Assembly: GCA_964457865.1 (NCBI GenBank)
Contig: CAYWHG010000001.1
Location: forward strand, 54,193-118,192
Direction: 5' to 3'
Length of the DNA: 64,000 nt
From: an uncultured Steroidobacter sp.
GTDB lineage: Bacteria; Pseudomonadota; Gammaproteobacteria; Steroidobacterales; Steroidobacteraceae
A model generated the notes under the pieces. It did no database searches. It saw only the letters and a program-made list of their open reading frames with translations, and was not told the origin of the DNA. The stretch's first letter is position 1; each line of letters starts with the position of its first letter. The position numbers and the translations under genes were made by a program. Positions 55,122 to 63,472 of the stretch are shown here, one piece after another.

Positions 55122-57521
55122 GTGGCCCACCTCGCATCCTTCGATTCCACAGCGCCGGTCCTCGGCCAGCCCGTTCCGCGCCGCGAGGATGAGCGCCTGC
55201 TGACCGGGCGCGGTCGCTTCGTCGATGACCTGAAGCTGCCGGGGATGGTGCACATGGCGGTGGTGCGCAGTCCCGTGGCGCACGCGCGGATACGCGCAAT
55301 CAATGTTGATGCAGCGCGATCGCTGCCTGGTGTGCTCGCGGTGATCAGTGCGCAGGACCTGGAGGGTCATGCACACCACATGCCCGTCTCGGATACGTGG
55401 GTGATGCCGGGGTACAACCGCTATCTGCAATGGCCGATCGCGCGGGATGTCGTGCGTTTTGTCGGTGAGCCCATCGTGGCGGTGGCGGCGGAAAACCGCA
55501 GCATTGCAGAGGATGCATGCGGCCTGGTCGATATCGACTTCGAAATCCTGGATCCCGTGACCAACATCGATGAGGCATTGACCGACAGGGTGGTGCTGCA
55601 TGAGTCGGCGGGAACGAACCTGGCCTGCCACTATGTCGTCGGACGCGGCGATGCGGACAAGGCATTCGAGAATCCGCACTACACGCGCAAGGAAATATTC
55701 CGCGTTCATCGGCATACCGGGATGGCGCTCGAGACTCGCGGCTACGTCGCGCAGTGGGATCCGCTGGCCAGGAAGATGACCTGCTGGGGGGCGAACAAAC
55801 GGCCGTGGAACACGCGCGATACGCTGGCGTCCATGCTGAAGCTTGAGCGTGAGGACATCACCCTCATCGAGAACGACACGGGGGGCAACTTCGGCACCCG
55901 CGGACATTTCTATCCAGAGAACCTCATGGTGGCGTTCCTCGCGATGCGTCTGGAACGGCCCGTGAAGTATGTTGAAGATCGTCGCGAGAACATGATGGCG
56001 ACGAATCATTCGCGCGAGGTGAGTTGCGAACTGGAGATCGCTGTCGCGAAGAACGGAAGAATCGAAGGTCTGCGCGCGCGCGTCTTCTGCGATCTCGGCG
56101 CCTATTGCACCGGTGGCGGTTCCGCCGTCGTACCGGCAAAGACGGTGCAGTTCATACCTGGCCCGTATCACATCGACAACTACAAGTGCGAACTGAGCGT
56201 GCTCATCACGAACAAGACGCCTGTCGGCGCGTATCGTGGACCGGGGCGCTATGAGGCGGGATTCTGCATCGAGCGGTTGCTCGACATGGTGGCGAAGGAT
56301 CTGGACCTGGATCCGGTCGAGTTGCGCAGGAACAATCTCATTCGCACCGAGCAGATGCCTTACAACGGCGGCGTGCTCGTGCCGTATCTCGGCGAGAGTC
56401 CTTACGACACGGGCGACTATCTGCAGACGTTCAATCGCGCGCTCGAACTGATCGATTACGAAGCCATCAAGGCGAAGTCCGGAAAGCTGATCGACGGCAA
56501 GTTCCACGGGGTCGCCGCGAGTTGCTACGTCGACTCGACCGGCATGGGGCCTTCCGAGGAAGCGCGCATCGTCGTCAATGCGCCCGACGACATCGAGCTG
56601 TATGTCGGAACCTCCGCAAACGGCCAGGGTGTGGAGACCACGATGGCGCAGGTGGCGGCCGACCTGCTCGGCGTTCCCTATGAACTGATCAAGGTGTTTG
56701 CAGGCAGCACCCACTACGTCGAGAACGGCAACGGTCACGGTCATAGCCGTGCGGCGGTGCAGGGCGGCAGTGCGGTGTTCATCGCGACGAACAATCTGAT
56801 TAAGCAGATGCTGGAGGCGGCAGCGCTGCGCTACAACGAACCGGTCGAGCATCTGGAGTACCGTCGCGGCGCCATACATCGCACGACGGATGATGTGCCG
56901 TTGGCCGCATTCGACGATTGCGTGAACGCCATCGTCGGGGAACTGGAGCGTCCTGAGCTGCTGCGCGCGGCAGGCCGCTACGTCAACAGCAAGCTGACCT
57001 ACAGCTACGGAGCGCAGGCAGCCCATGTCACGGTGGATCCGGAGACCTCGATCGTCGAGGTAGTGCGCTTCCTGACGGTCGAAGATGTCGGTCGCGCACT
57101 CAATCCCCTCATCGTTCACGGTCAGTCGATCGGTGCTTCCGTGCAGGGACTGAGCGGCACCTTCCTGGACGAATTTGTCTACGACAGTGCAGGGCAACTG
57201 CTTACAGGCAGCTTTGCCGACTATCTGGTGGCGACGGCCACGGATTTTCCACGGGTCGAAGCCGAGACCTTGCAGAACGCCCCGTCGAAATCGAACCCGC
57301 TGGGCGCCAAGGGTGCAGGCGAAGGCGCCATGTCGACGACCGGGGCCGTGCTCGCAAATGCGGTATCCAATGCATTGGCGTCCCTGAACGTGCAGATCCA
57401 CGATCTGCCGATGTCGCCGAGCAATCTGTCGCGGCTGATCCGCGCGGCCAGGGCAGGGCGTCCGGCGCGGCCGGCGACCGGCGACGATGCGCGATTTGGC
57501 ATACGCCACGAGTCCGTCTGA
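55122..57521 (+). CDS. Xanthine dehydrogenase-family molybdopterin hydroxylase large subunit
   Basis: RREDERLLTGRGRFVDD, GGNFGTRG, AYRGPGR, GQGVET and GAKGAGEG; GTG start after AGGAG. Confidence 0.92.
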   Translation: MAHLASFDSTAPVLGQPVPRREDERLLTGRGRFVDDLKLPGMVHMAVVRSPVAHARIRAINVDAARSLPGVLAVISAQDLEGHAHHMPVSDTWVMPGYNRYLQWPIARDVVRFVGEPIVAVAAENRSIAEDACGLVDIDFEILDPVTNIDEALTDRVVLHESAGTNLACHYVVGRGDADKAFENPHYTRKEIFRVHRHTGMALETRGYVAQWDPLARKMTCWGANKRPWNTRDTLASMLKLEREDITLIENDTGGNFGTRGHFYPENLMVAFLAMRLERPVKYVEDRRENMMATNHSREVSCELEIAVAKNGRIEGLRARVFCDLGAYCTGGGSAVVPAKTVQFIPGPYHIDNYKCELSVLITNKTPVGAYRGPGRYEAGFCIERLLDMVAKDLDLDPVELRRNNLIRTEQMPYNGGVLVPYLGESPYDTGDYLQTFNRALELIDYEAIKAKSGKLIDGKFHGVAASCYVDSTGMGPSEEARIVVNAPDDIELYVGTSANGQGVETTMAQVAADLLGVPYELIKVFAGSTHYVENGNGHGHSRAAVQGGSAVFIATNNLIKQMLEAAALRYNEPVEHLEYRRGAIHRTTDDVPLAAFDDCVNAIVGELERPELLRAAGRYVNSKLTYSYGAQAAHVTVDPETSIVEVVRFLTVEDVGRALNPLIVHGQSIGASVQGLSGTFLDEFVYDSAGQLLTGSFADYLVATATDFPRVEAETLQNAPSKSNPLGAKGAGEGAMSTTGAVLANAVSNALASLNVQIHDLPMSPSNLSRLIRAARAGRPARPATGDDARFGIRHESV

Positions 57522-57571
57522 GGTTCGTGATGCGGCGCACTGCGGATTTCGGCACGTCAGTCCGTATTTGC

Positions 57572-57603
57572 TTGACTCACCAATAACAGAATGTCATTTT
57601 CAT
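57572..57603 (+). promoter_or_regulatory. -35 (TTGACT) and operator upstream of the nicX-like gene
   Basis: AACAGAATGTCATTTTCAT (57585-57603), 15/19 to the 19356 site. Confidence 0.6.
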
Positions 57604-57702
57604 ACGCGCACGCACTGGAACTGTGTCGTCTGCCCTGAATTGCAGGTGCGCCGCACCGGAAGGGTGCCGCCTCGCCCAGGCGACGGGCTAATCGATGGGG
57701 TA

Positions 57703-58761
57703 ATGATCTTGGCCAACATGATCGATGTGGAAATGCTTCGCGTATTCACCGCAGAGCTTGAACTCTGCAAGGTGAAGCCGGACGAAACGGTTGCCGTGCT
57801 GAGTGCGAGCGGGACGCCGAACGGCTATGCGCAGGCCTTCATGGTTGCGGCGGGCAGTCTTGGTGCCACGACCTTTCACATCGAGGTCCCGGATCATGCG
57901 ACAGCGAATCGGGCGGGTGTGTACGGCAAGACGCCGCTCGCGGGAAATCGCGCAGCCATCGATTCATTGAAGTCGGCAGATCTGGTGATCGATCTGATGG
58001 GGCTGTTGTTCTCGCCGGAGCAGGCGGAAATTCAGAGTGCCGGTACGCGCATTCTGCGAGTCGGCGAACCGATGCATGTCCTCAAGCAGATGTTTCCGAC
58101 TGCGGAGCAGCGGCGTCGCGTCGAGGCGGGCGCCGAGATGATGCGCGCCGCACGGGAACTGCGCGTGACTTCCGAGGCCGGCACCGACGTGCGATACAGG
58201 CTGGGGCAGTATCCGGTCGTTACGCAGTACGGGTACACCGATACGCCGGGCCGCTGGGATCACTTCCCTTCCGCGTTTCTGTTTACGCAGGGCAACGATG
58301 ACGGGGTCGAGGGGACCGTAGTGGTTCAGCCGGGCGACATCCTCTGCGCCTTCAAAAAGTACGTACAGGACCCGGTCCGCCTGACCATCAAGGCGGGACG
58401 CGTCGCCGAGATCGATGGTCCCGGAATGGATGCTGCGTTGCTTCGCGACTACATCACGAGCTTCAACGATCCACGCGCATATGCGATCTCGCATATCGGC
58501 TGGGGGATGCATGAGCGCGCAACGTGGTACCACATGCTCGCGACGACCAGACTGCGTGAGGAGAGAATCATGAATGCGCTCTCCTTCTATGGAAACGTGC
58601 TGTTCTCCACCGGTCCCAACACAGAGGTGGGCGGAACCAACGATACGGCGTGTCACATCGATATTCCGATGCGCAAGTGCAGCCTGTTTCTCGATGGGCG
58701 GCAGATCGTGGCGGCGGGCAAGGTTGTCGTGCCGGAGCTGAAGGCGGCACTCGATTCGTAG
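57703..58761 (+). CDS. nicX: 2,5-dihydroxypyridine 5,6-dioxygenase-like non-heme Fe dioxygenase
   Basis: LGQYP..YGY.D.PGRWDH, SHIGWG, FYGNVLFSTGPNTEVGG and CHIDIP match recalled P. putida NicX; start 57703 or 57718. Confidence 0.87.
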   Translation: MILANMIDVEMLRVFTAELELCKVKPDETVAVLSASGTPNGYAQAFMVAAGSLGATTFHIEVPDHATANRAGVYGKTPLAGNRAAIDSLKSADLVIDLMGLLFSPEQAEIQSAGTRILRVGEPMHVLKQMFPTAEQRRRVEAGAEMMRAARELRVTSEAGTDVRYRLGQYPVVTQYGYTDTPGRWDHFPSAFLFTQGNDDGVEGTVVVQPGDILCAFKKYVQDPVRLTIKAGRVAEIDGPGMDAALLRDYITSFNDPRAYAISHIGWGMHERATWYHMLATTRLREERIMNALSFYGNVLFSTGPNTEVGGTNDTACHIDIPMRKCSLFLDGRQIVAAGKVVVPELKAALDS

Positions 58762-58770
58762 GATTCACCA

Positions 58771-59670
58771 GTGCGCATGACGGGTCTTGAAGAGCTCGTG
58801 TCGATACTGGACATCGAGGTCGTCGGTCAGAACCAGTTTCGTGGCGCCCAGCCAGGTGAAGAACGCCGTCGCGTTTTTGGCGGGCAGGTAGTTGCGCAGG
58901 CACTGATGGCGGCCTATCGAACGGTCGAGTCGCGTTCGGTTCATTCCCTGCAGTGCTATTTCGTGCGCGGAGGCAATCCGTCGATACCCATCGACTATGA
59001 GGTCGAGATCCTGCGCGACGGTCGGAGTTTCTCGATTCGTCGGGTGCTCGCGAAGCAAGAGGCTAAGGCGATCTTTTGCATGAGTTGCTCGTTCCACGCC
59101 AGCGAAGCTGGCATGGCGCATCAGCCATGTATGCCGGACGTGCCGGGGCCAGAGCAATTGCCCGACTTGCGGGAGCTGCCGGGTTCGATACACGGTGAGA
59201 TACCGCCGGTGCTGGCCCGTCTGCTGCGGGAGGATCGGCCGATTGAATTCAAGCCGGTTGACCTTGATGGGATGATGACCCGGACCATGAAAGACGAAGT
59301 GCGACACTTCTGGATCCGTGCGAAGGGGAAGCTGCCGGATGTACCGTCGGTGCATCATGCCGTGCTGGCGTACGCCTCCGACATGTCTCTGCTCGATGTT
59401 GCCTTGCACAAGCACGGTCACGGGTTGTTCGATGGATCGCACGAGACCGCCAGCCTCGATCATGTGATGTGGTTTCACCGCGCTTTCCGCGCGGATGAAT
59501 GGGTTCTGTATTCGCAGGAGAGCCCCAGCCGGGCCTTCTCGCGCGGCTTCACGCGCGGTGCGATTTTCTCGCGCAGCGGCGACTTGCTGGTGTCGGTGAG
59601 CCAGGAAGGATTGTTGCGGGAGAACGCCGCAGCCTTGCGCATGCAAACGCCCCCGATGGGAGTGAACTGA
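58771..59670 (+). CDS. tesB: Acyl-CoA thioesterase II
   Basis: RVFGGQVVAQAL, LRDGRSFS, LAYASDMSLL and ASLDHVMWFHR. Confidence 0.92.
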   Translation: MRMTGLEELVSILDIEVVGQNQFRGAQPGEERRRVFGGQVVAQALMAAYRTVESRSVHSLQCYFVRGGNPSIPIDYEVEILRDGRSFSIRRVLAKQEAKAIFCMSCSFHASEAGMAHQPCMPDVPGPEQLPDLRELPGSIHGEIPPVLARLLREDRPIEFKPVDLDGMMTRTMKDEVRHFWIRAKGKLPDVPSVHHAVLAYASDMSLLDVALHKHGHGLFDGSHETASLDHVMWFHRAFRADEWVLYSQESPSRAFSRGFTRGAIFSRSGDLLVSVSQEGLLRENAAALRMQTPPMGVN

Positions 59671-61364
59671 TGCGTAATGCGGCCCCCCGACCCTGGGTAG
59701 ACGCCTTTCCCCGTGCTGCTCGCTGGGATGCGCCCATCGAAGCGCTGTCACTGCCTGAACTGCTCGATCGTGCCGTCAGCCGCTCCAGCGACCGGCCGGC
59801 ATTGACCTATGGCTCGACGACGCTGACGTACCGGCAGCTTGCCGGGCTCGTCGATGCCCTGGCTACGGGCTTTCGACAGATCGGCATTCGGCAAGGCGAG
59901 CACGTCGCTCTGCTGCTTCCAAACACGCTTTACCATCCCATCAGTTTCTTCGCGCTGATGAAGCTGGGTGCGCGCGTCGTGCATTTGAGCCCGATGGATG
60001 CGCCACGGGAGCTTGCCTACAAGGTCAAGGACTCGGAAGTAAGGACGCTGATCGCCACCAACACGCCCAGTGTGCTGGCGGCGGCAGACGCACTTCTGGC
60101 CCAGGGTGCCATCGAGCGCATGGTGGTCGGTGACGAGGAGCATTGGGGCGCCGGTCAATCCACCGCGCCGATTCGCATTGCCACGGGCGTCGTACCACTG
60201 CTCGATCTGCTGGTGGATACCGCAGACAGGCAGTGGCCGGTGTTGTCGCCGGACGATCTCGCAGTGATCCAGTACACCGGCGGTACGACAGGTCTGCCGA
60301 AGGGCGCGATGCTCACGCATGCCAATCTCAGCGCTGCGGTGTCGATGTATCACGCCGTAACGGCCGATGCGGATTTCCGACCCGGTGAAGAGCGTGTCAT
60401 CTGCGTGGCGCCGCTGTTTCACATCTTCGGATTGTCCGGAATCATGCTGGCGCACCTCGTGCACGGCAATGAGATCGTGCTGTTTCCTCGCTTCGATGCA
60501 GAGACCATCGTGCACGAGATTGAAGTGAACAGGGCGAGCATCATGCCGGGCGTCCCGACCATGTGGATTGCCATCGCCAATCTTCCTGACATCCACAAGC
60601 GCGACCTGAGTTCGCTGAAGGATGCCCGTTCGGGCGGCGCGCCGATGCCGAGCGATGTTCAGAAGCGACTCGAGCAGAAGATCGGTCGGCGGATTCTCGG
60701 CGGTTGGGGCATGACGGAGCTGTCACCCGCCGGCACGCGGCTGGTGCCTGATCAGCCGACCCCGCCCGGACTGATCGGTATTCCCTACGCGGGAATCGAC
60801 ATGCGAATCGTCTCGCTCGAGGATCCGCTGCGTATATTGCCCGCCGGAGAAGTTGGCGAGATTGCCGTCAGTGGGCCGAACGTGTTCAAGGGATACTGGA
60901 ACAAGCCCGAGGCGACAGCCGAAGCGTTCGCGGGAGGCTACTTCCTGACGGGCGACATTGGCTGCATGGACGAGACGGGTCAGTTCACGATCGTTGATCG
61001 AAAGAAGAACATGATCATTTCGTCCGGGTTCAATGTGTATCCCGCGTCCATCGAAAACGCGCTCTACGAGCATCCCGATGTGCGCGAGGTGATCGTCATC
61101 GGCGTGCCGGATCCGTATCGGGGTCAGGCAGCGAAGGCGTTCATTACGCTCAAGGCCGGTGCGCGTGAGATGTCGCTCGATGAGCTGCGGGAGTTTCTGA
61201 AGGAACGGATCGGGCGTCATGAGATGCCTGCGGCCGTCGAGTATCGGGACAGCCTGCCGCGCAGTCCGGCGGGCAAGCTGCTGGCGAAGGTGCTGCTCGA
61301 TGAGGAGAAGGCGAACGTGCAGGCGAAAGCGCTGTTGAACCCCGCCGCAACCAGGAGCGCCTAG
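59670..61364 (+). CDS. pimA: Dicarboxylate/long-chain acyl-CoA ligase (PimA-like)
   Basis: RWDAPI, HPISFF..GARVVHLSPMD, QYTGGTTGLPKGAMLTH, GWGMTE and DRKKNMIISSGFNVYP. Confidence 0.78.
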   Translation: MRNAAPRPWVDAFPRAARWDAPIEALSLPELLDRAVSRSSDRPALTYGSTTLTYRQLAGLVDALATGFRQIGIRQGEHVALLLPNTLYHPISFFALMKLGARVVHLSPMDAPRELAYKVKDSEVRTLIATNTPSVLAAADALLAQGAIERMVVGDEEHWGAGQSTAPIRIATGVVPLLDLLVDTADRQWPVLSPDDLAVIQYTGGTTGLPKGAMLTHANLSAAVSMYHAVTADADFRPGEERVICVAPLFHIFGLSGIMLAHLVHGNEIVLFPRFDAETIVHEIEVNRASIMPGVPTMWIAIANLPDIHKRDLSSLKDARSGGAPMPSDVQKRLEQKIGRRILGGWGMTELSPAGTRLVPDQPTPPGLIGIPYAGIDMRIVSLEDPLRILPAGEVGEIAVSGPNVFKGYWNKPEATAEAFAGGYFLTGDIGCMDETGQFTIVDRKKNMIISSGFNVYPASIENALYEHPDVREVIVIGVPDPYRGQAAKAFITLKAGAREMSLDELREFLKERIGRHEMPAAVEYRDSLPRSPAGKLLAKVLLDEEKANVQAKALLNPAATRSA

Positions 61365-61380
61365 GCGCACTGTCGTAACG

Positions 61381-61409
61381 GTGCGTCGCGCGGACCCTGC
61401 GCGATGCAC
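61381..61409. terminator. Intergenic hairpin after pimA
   Basis: GTGCGTCGCGC-N7-GCGCGATGCAC, 11-bp stem with one G-U pair. Confidence 0.35.
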
Positions 61410-61440
61410 GATTCATCATTCAATCAGGTAGAGACAGCGT

Positions 61441-62337
61441 ATGAGACTTTGCGAAGGGCGTGTAGCAATCGTCACTGGCGCCGGCCGTGGTGTGGGGCGC
61501 GAGCATGCGCTTCTTCTTGCACGGCATGGCGCCAGGGTCGTGGTCAACGATCTCGGTGCGGACGTGAATGGCATCGGCGCCGACTCGTCACCCGCCAACG
61601 AAGTCGTCGCCCGGATCAGGAGCGAGGGCGGAGAGGCGATAGCCAATGGCGATGACGTTTCAAGCTGGGCGGGCGCGAAGAGTCTTATCGATCAGGCCGT
61701 CGACACATTCGGCACGCTGGATGTGCTGGTCAACAACGCCGGCATTCTGCGCGATCGCATGTTCGTGAACATGACGGAGCAGGAGTGGGACGCCGTGATC
61801 AGCGTACATCTGAAGGGTACATTCGCGCCGACCAAGCACGCCGTCGACTATTGGCGCGCCAGGAGCAAAAAGACGGGAGAGCCTGTCAACGCCCGCATCA
61901 TCAACACCAGTTCGACCTCGGGCGTGTTCGGTAACGTCGGTCAATCCAACTACGGGGCCGCCAAAGCGGGCGTTGCGGCGCTCACCGTCATTCTGGCGCG
62001 GGAACTGTTGCGGCTCGGAATTACGGTCAATGCCATTGCGCCCAGCGCCGTGACACGCATGACCGAAGCGCTGCGCGAGCGAACCGAGGAACAGAAGGAG
62101 GCCGGAGATCCCAAGTGGATAGCGCCGCTGGTCACGTACCTCGCGAGCGCGGATTCGCGCGACATCACCGGACGCGTGATTCAGATCGGCATGGGGATTT
62201 TCTCGGTCATGGAGGGTTGGCATCGCGGACCAGAGCATGCGCCAATCCTCGATCCGGTGGAGCTCGGTCCGGTCCTCAGGGACATGGCGGGCCGCGCCCG
62301 CCGCAATGCGGGGATGGATGGACTAGACCTGGATTGA
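61441..62337 (+). CDS. SDR oxidoreductase (hydroxyacyl-CoA dehydrogenase-like)
   Basis: TGAGRGVG, VVVNDLG, NNAGILRD and YGAAKAG. Confidence 0.9.
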   Translation: MRLCEGRVAIVTGAGRGVGREHALLLARHGARVVVNDLGADVNGIGADSSPANEVVARIRSEGGEAIANGDDVSSWAGAKSLIDQAVDTFGTLDVLVNNAGILRDRMFVNMTEQEWDAVISVHLKGTFAPTKHAVDYWRARSKKTGEPVNARIINTSSTSGVFGNVGQSNYGAAKAGVAALTVILARELLRLGITVNAIAPSAVTRMTEALRERTEEQKEAGDPKWIAPLVTYLASADSRDITGRVIQIGMGIFSVMEGWHRGPEHAPILDPVELGPVLRDMAGRARRNAGMDGLDLD

Positions 62338-62357
62338 GGACCGGGAGCGCAGCACTG

Positions 62358-62846
62358 ATGAGCACCATCCGATTCCCGGTCGAGGCGACGCACGTACTGA
62401 TGTTTGCGCGGGCGATCGGCGATCCCAATCCCGTCTACTCGAACGAGGAAGCCGCGAAGGAAACCGAGGCCGCCGGACTCATTGCGCCACCGACCTTCGT
62501 GGAAGCGGTGGCGCAGTTTGATCCCGACTACCGGCTCAGGCCGAAACCGGGCGAAGCGTGGTTCGGGTCGGGCAGGACGCCGAGCGGCATTGAAGGAAAG
62601 CCGTCCACTGGCAGAGCCCTGCATGCCGAGCAGGAGTACACCTACTTTCGTCCGATTCGACCGGGCGAGGCGCTCAACTGCGAACGCAAGGAAGGCGCCG
62701 TGTGGGAGAAGCACAGCAAGCGCGGCGGCAAGCTGAGTTTTCGCGAGCGGATTGCCGAGTTCCGCGATGAGGCGGGCGAACTGGTCGTGCTGGCGCGCGC
62801 GGTGCTCGTCACTCCCGAACGTGTCCCCGACGCCGATTCAAAATAG
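62358..62846 (+). CDS. MaoC-like hot-dog protein (MaoC_dehydrat_N type)
   Basis: FARAIGDPNPVY, APPTF and LHAEQEYTYFRP; ATG at 62358. Confidence 0.8.
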   Translation: MSTIRFPVEATHVLMFARAIGDPNPVYSNEEAAKETEAAGLIAPPTFVEAVAQFDPDYRLRPKPGEAWFGSGRTPSGIEGKPSTGRALHAEQEYTYFRPIRPGEALNCERKEGAVWEKHSKRGGKLSFRERIAEFRDEAGELVVLARAVLVTPERVPDADSK

Positions 62847-62866
62847 GGATTGGTGCGAGAACACCC

Positions 62867-63286
62867 ATGTCACTGAAAGCTTCGCAGCTGCGGATTGCCG
62901 ACACTCATGCCGAATGTGTTGTCGAGAACCTGAGCCGGACCCAGATCGTCCAGTACGCCGGCGCCGCCGGCGACTACAATCCGATTCACACGGATGAGAT
63001 CTACGCGCTCCATGCGGGCCACAAAGGCGTGTTTGCCCACGGCATGCTGACCATGGGGCTGACGGGAAAGATGCTGACGAACTACGTCGGCGATGCACGA
63101 CTGGTGAAGTTCGGCGTGCGCTTCACTCATCAGGTGTGGCCAGGCGACACACTCACCGCCACCGCAACGGTCACCGCGCTCAGGAACGTGGACAGCCAGG
63201 ATCTCGTCGACCTCGCCATCGAAACGGTCAATCAGGATGGCAAGCAAGTGCTGACCGGGTACGCGACCGCGCGAATCGATCCGTGA
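62867..63286 (+). CDS. MaoC-family (R)-enoyl-CoA hydratase
   Basis: YAGAAGDYNPIH and FAHGMLTMG. Confidence 0.88.
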   Translation: MSLKASQLRIADTHAECVVENLSRTQIVQYAGAAGDYNPIHTDEIYALHAGHKGVFAHGMLTMGLTGKMLTNYVGDARLVKFGVRFTHQVWPGDTLTATATVTALRNVDSQDLVDLAIETVNQDGKQVLTGYATARIDP

Positions 63287-63365
63287 GTTCCCGCGGGAGT
63301 CGTCGGCTTTCCGGGAAGCAATCCACGGCAGTGGCGTCAGCGCCCTTTGTAACACTGATCGATGA

Positions 63366-63381
63366 GGTCGCATATGGGAAC
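63366..63381. promoter_or_regulatory. Everted operator GGTCGCATATGGGAAC upstream of the second ICL-family gene
   Basis: Matches the 22402, 36439 and 36474 sites and is followed by GTGCTAC as at 36494. Confidence 0.55.
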
Positions 63382-63472
63382 ATTGTGCTACTAACGGACT
63401 ATGAGGTAGGATGTTTGCACTCCTGTGACAGGCCCGACGCGCACGCCTGACAGCCGAGATGAGAGAGCAGCC

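Noticed and set aside
51908-57521. Aerobic CO dehydrogenase (coxG plus coxL-like)
   Set aside because: The loop is AYRGPGR, not form I AYxCSFR; no coxM or coxS; the context is nic-like.
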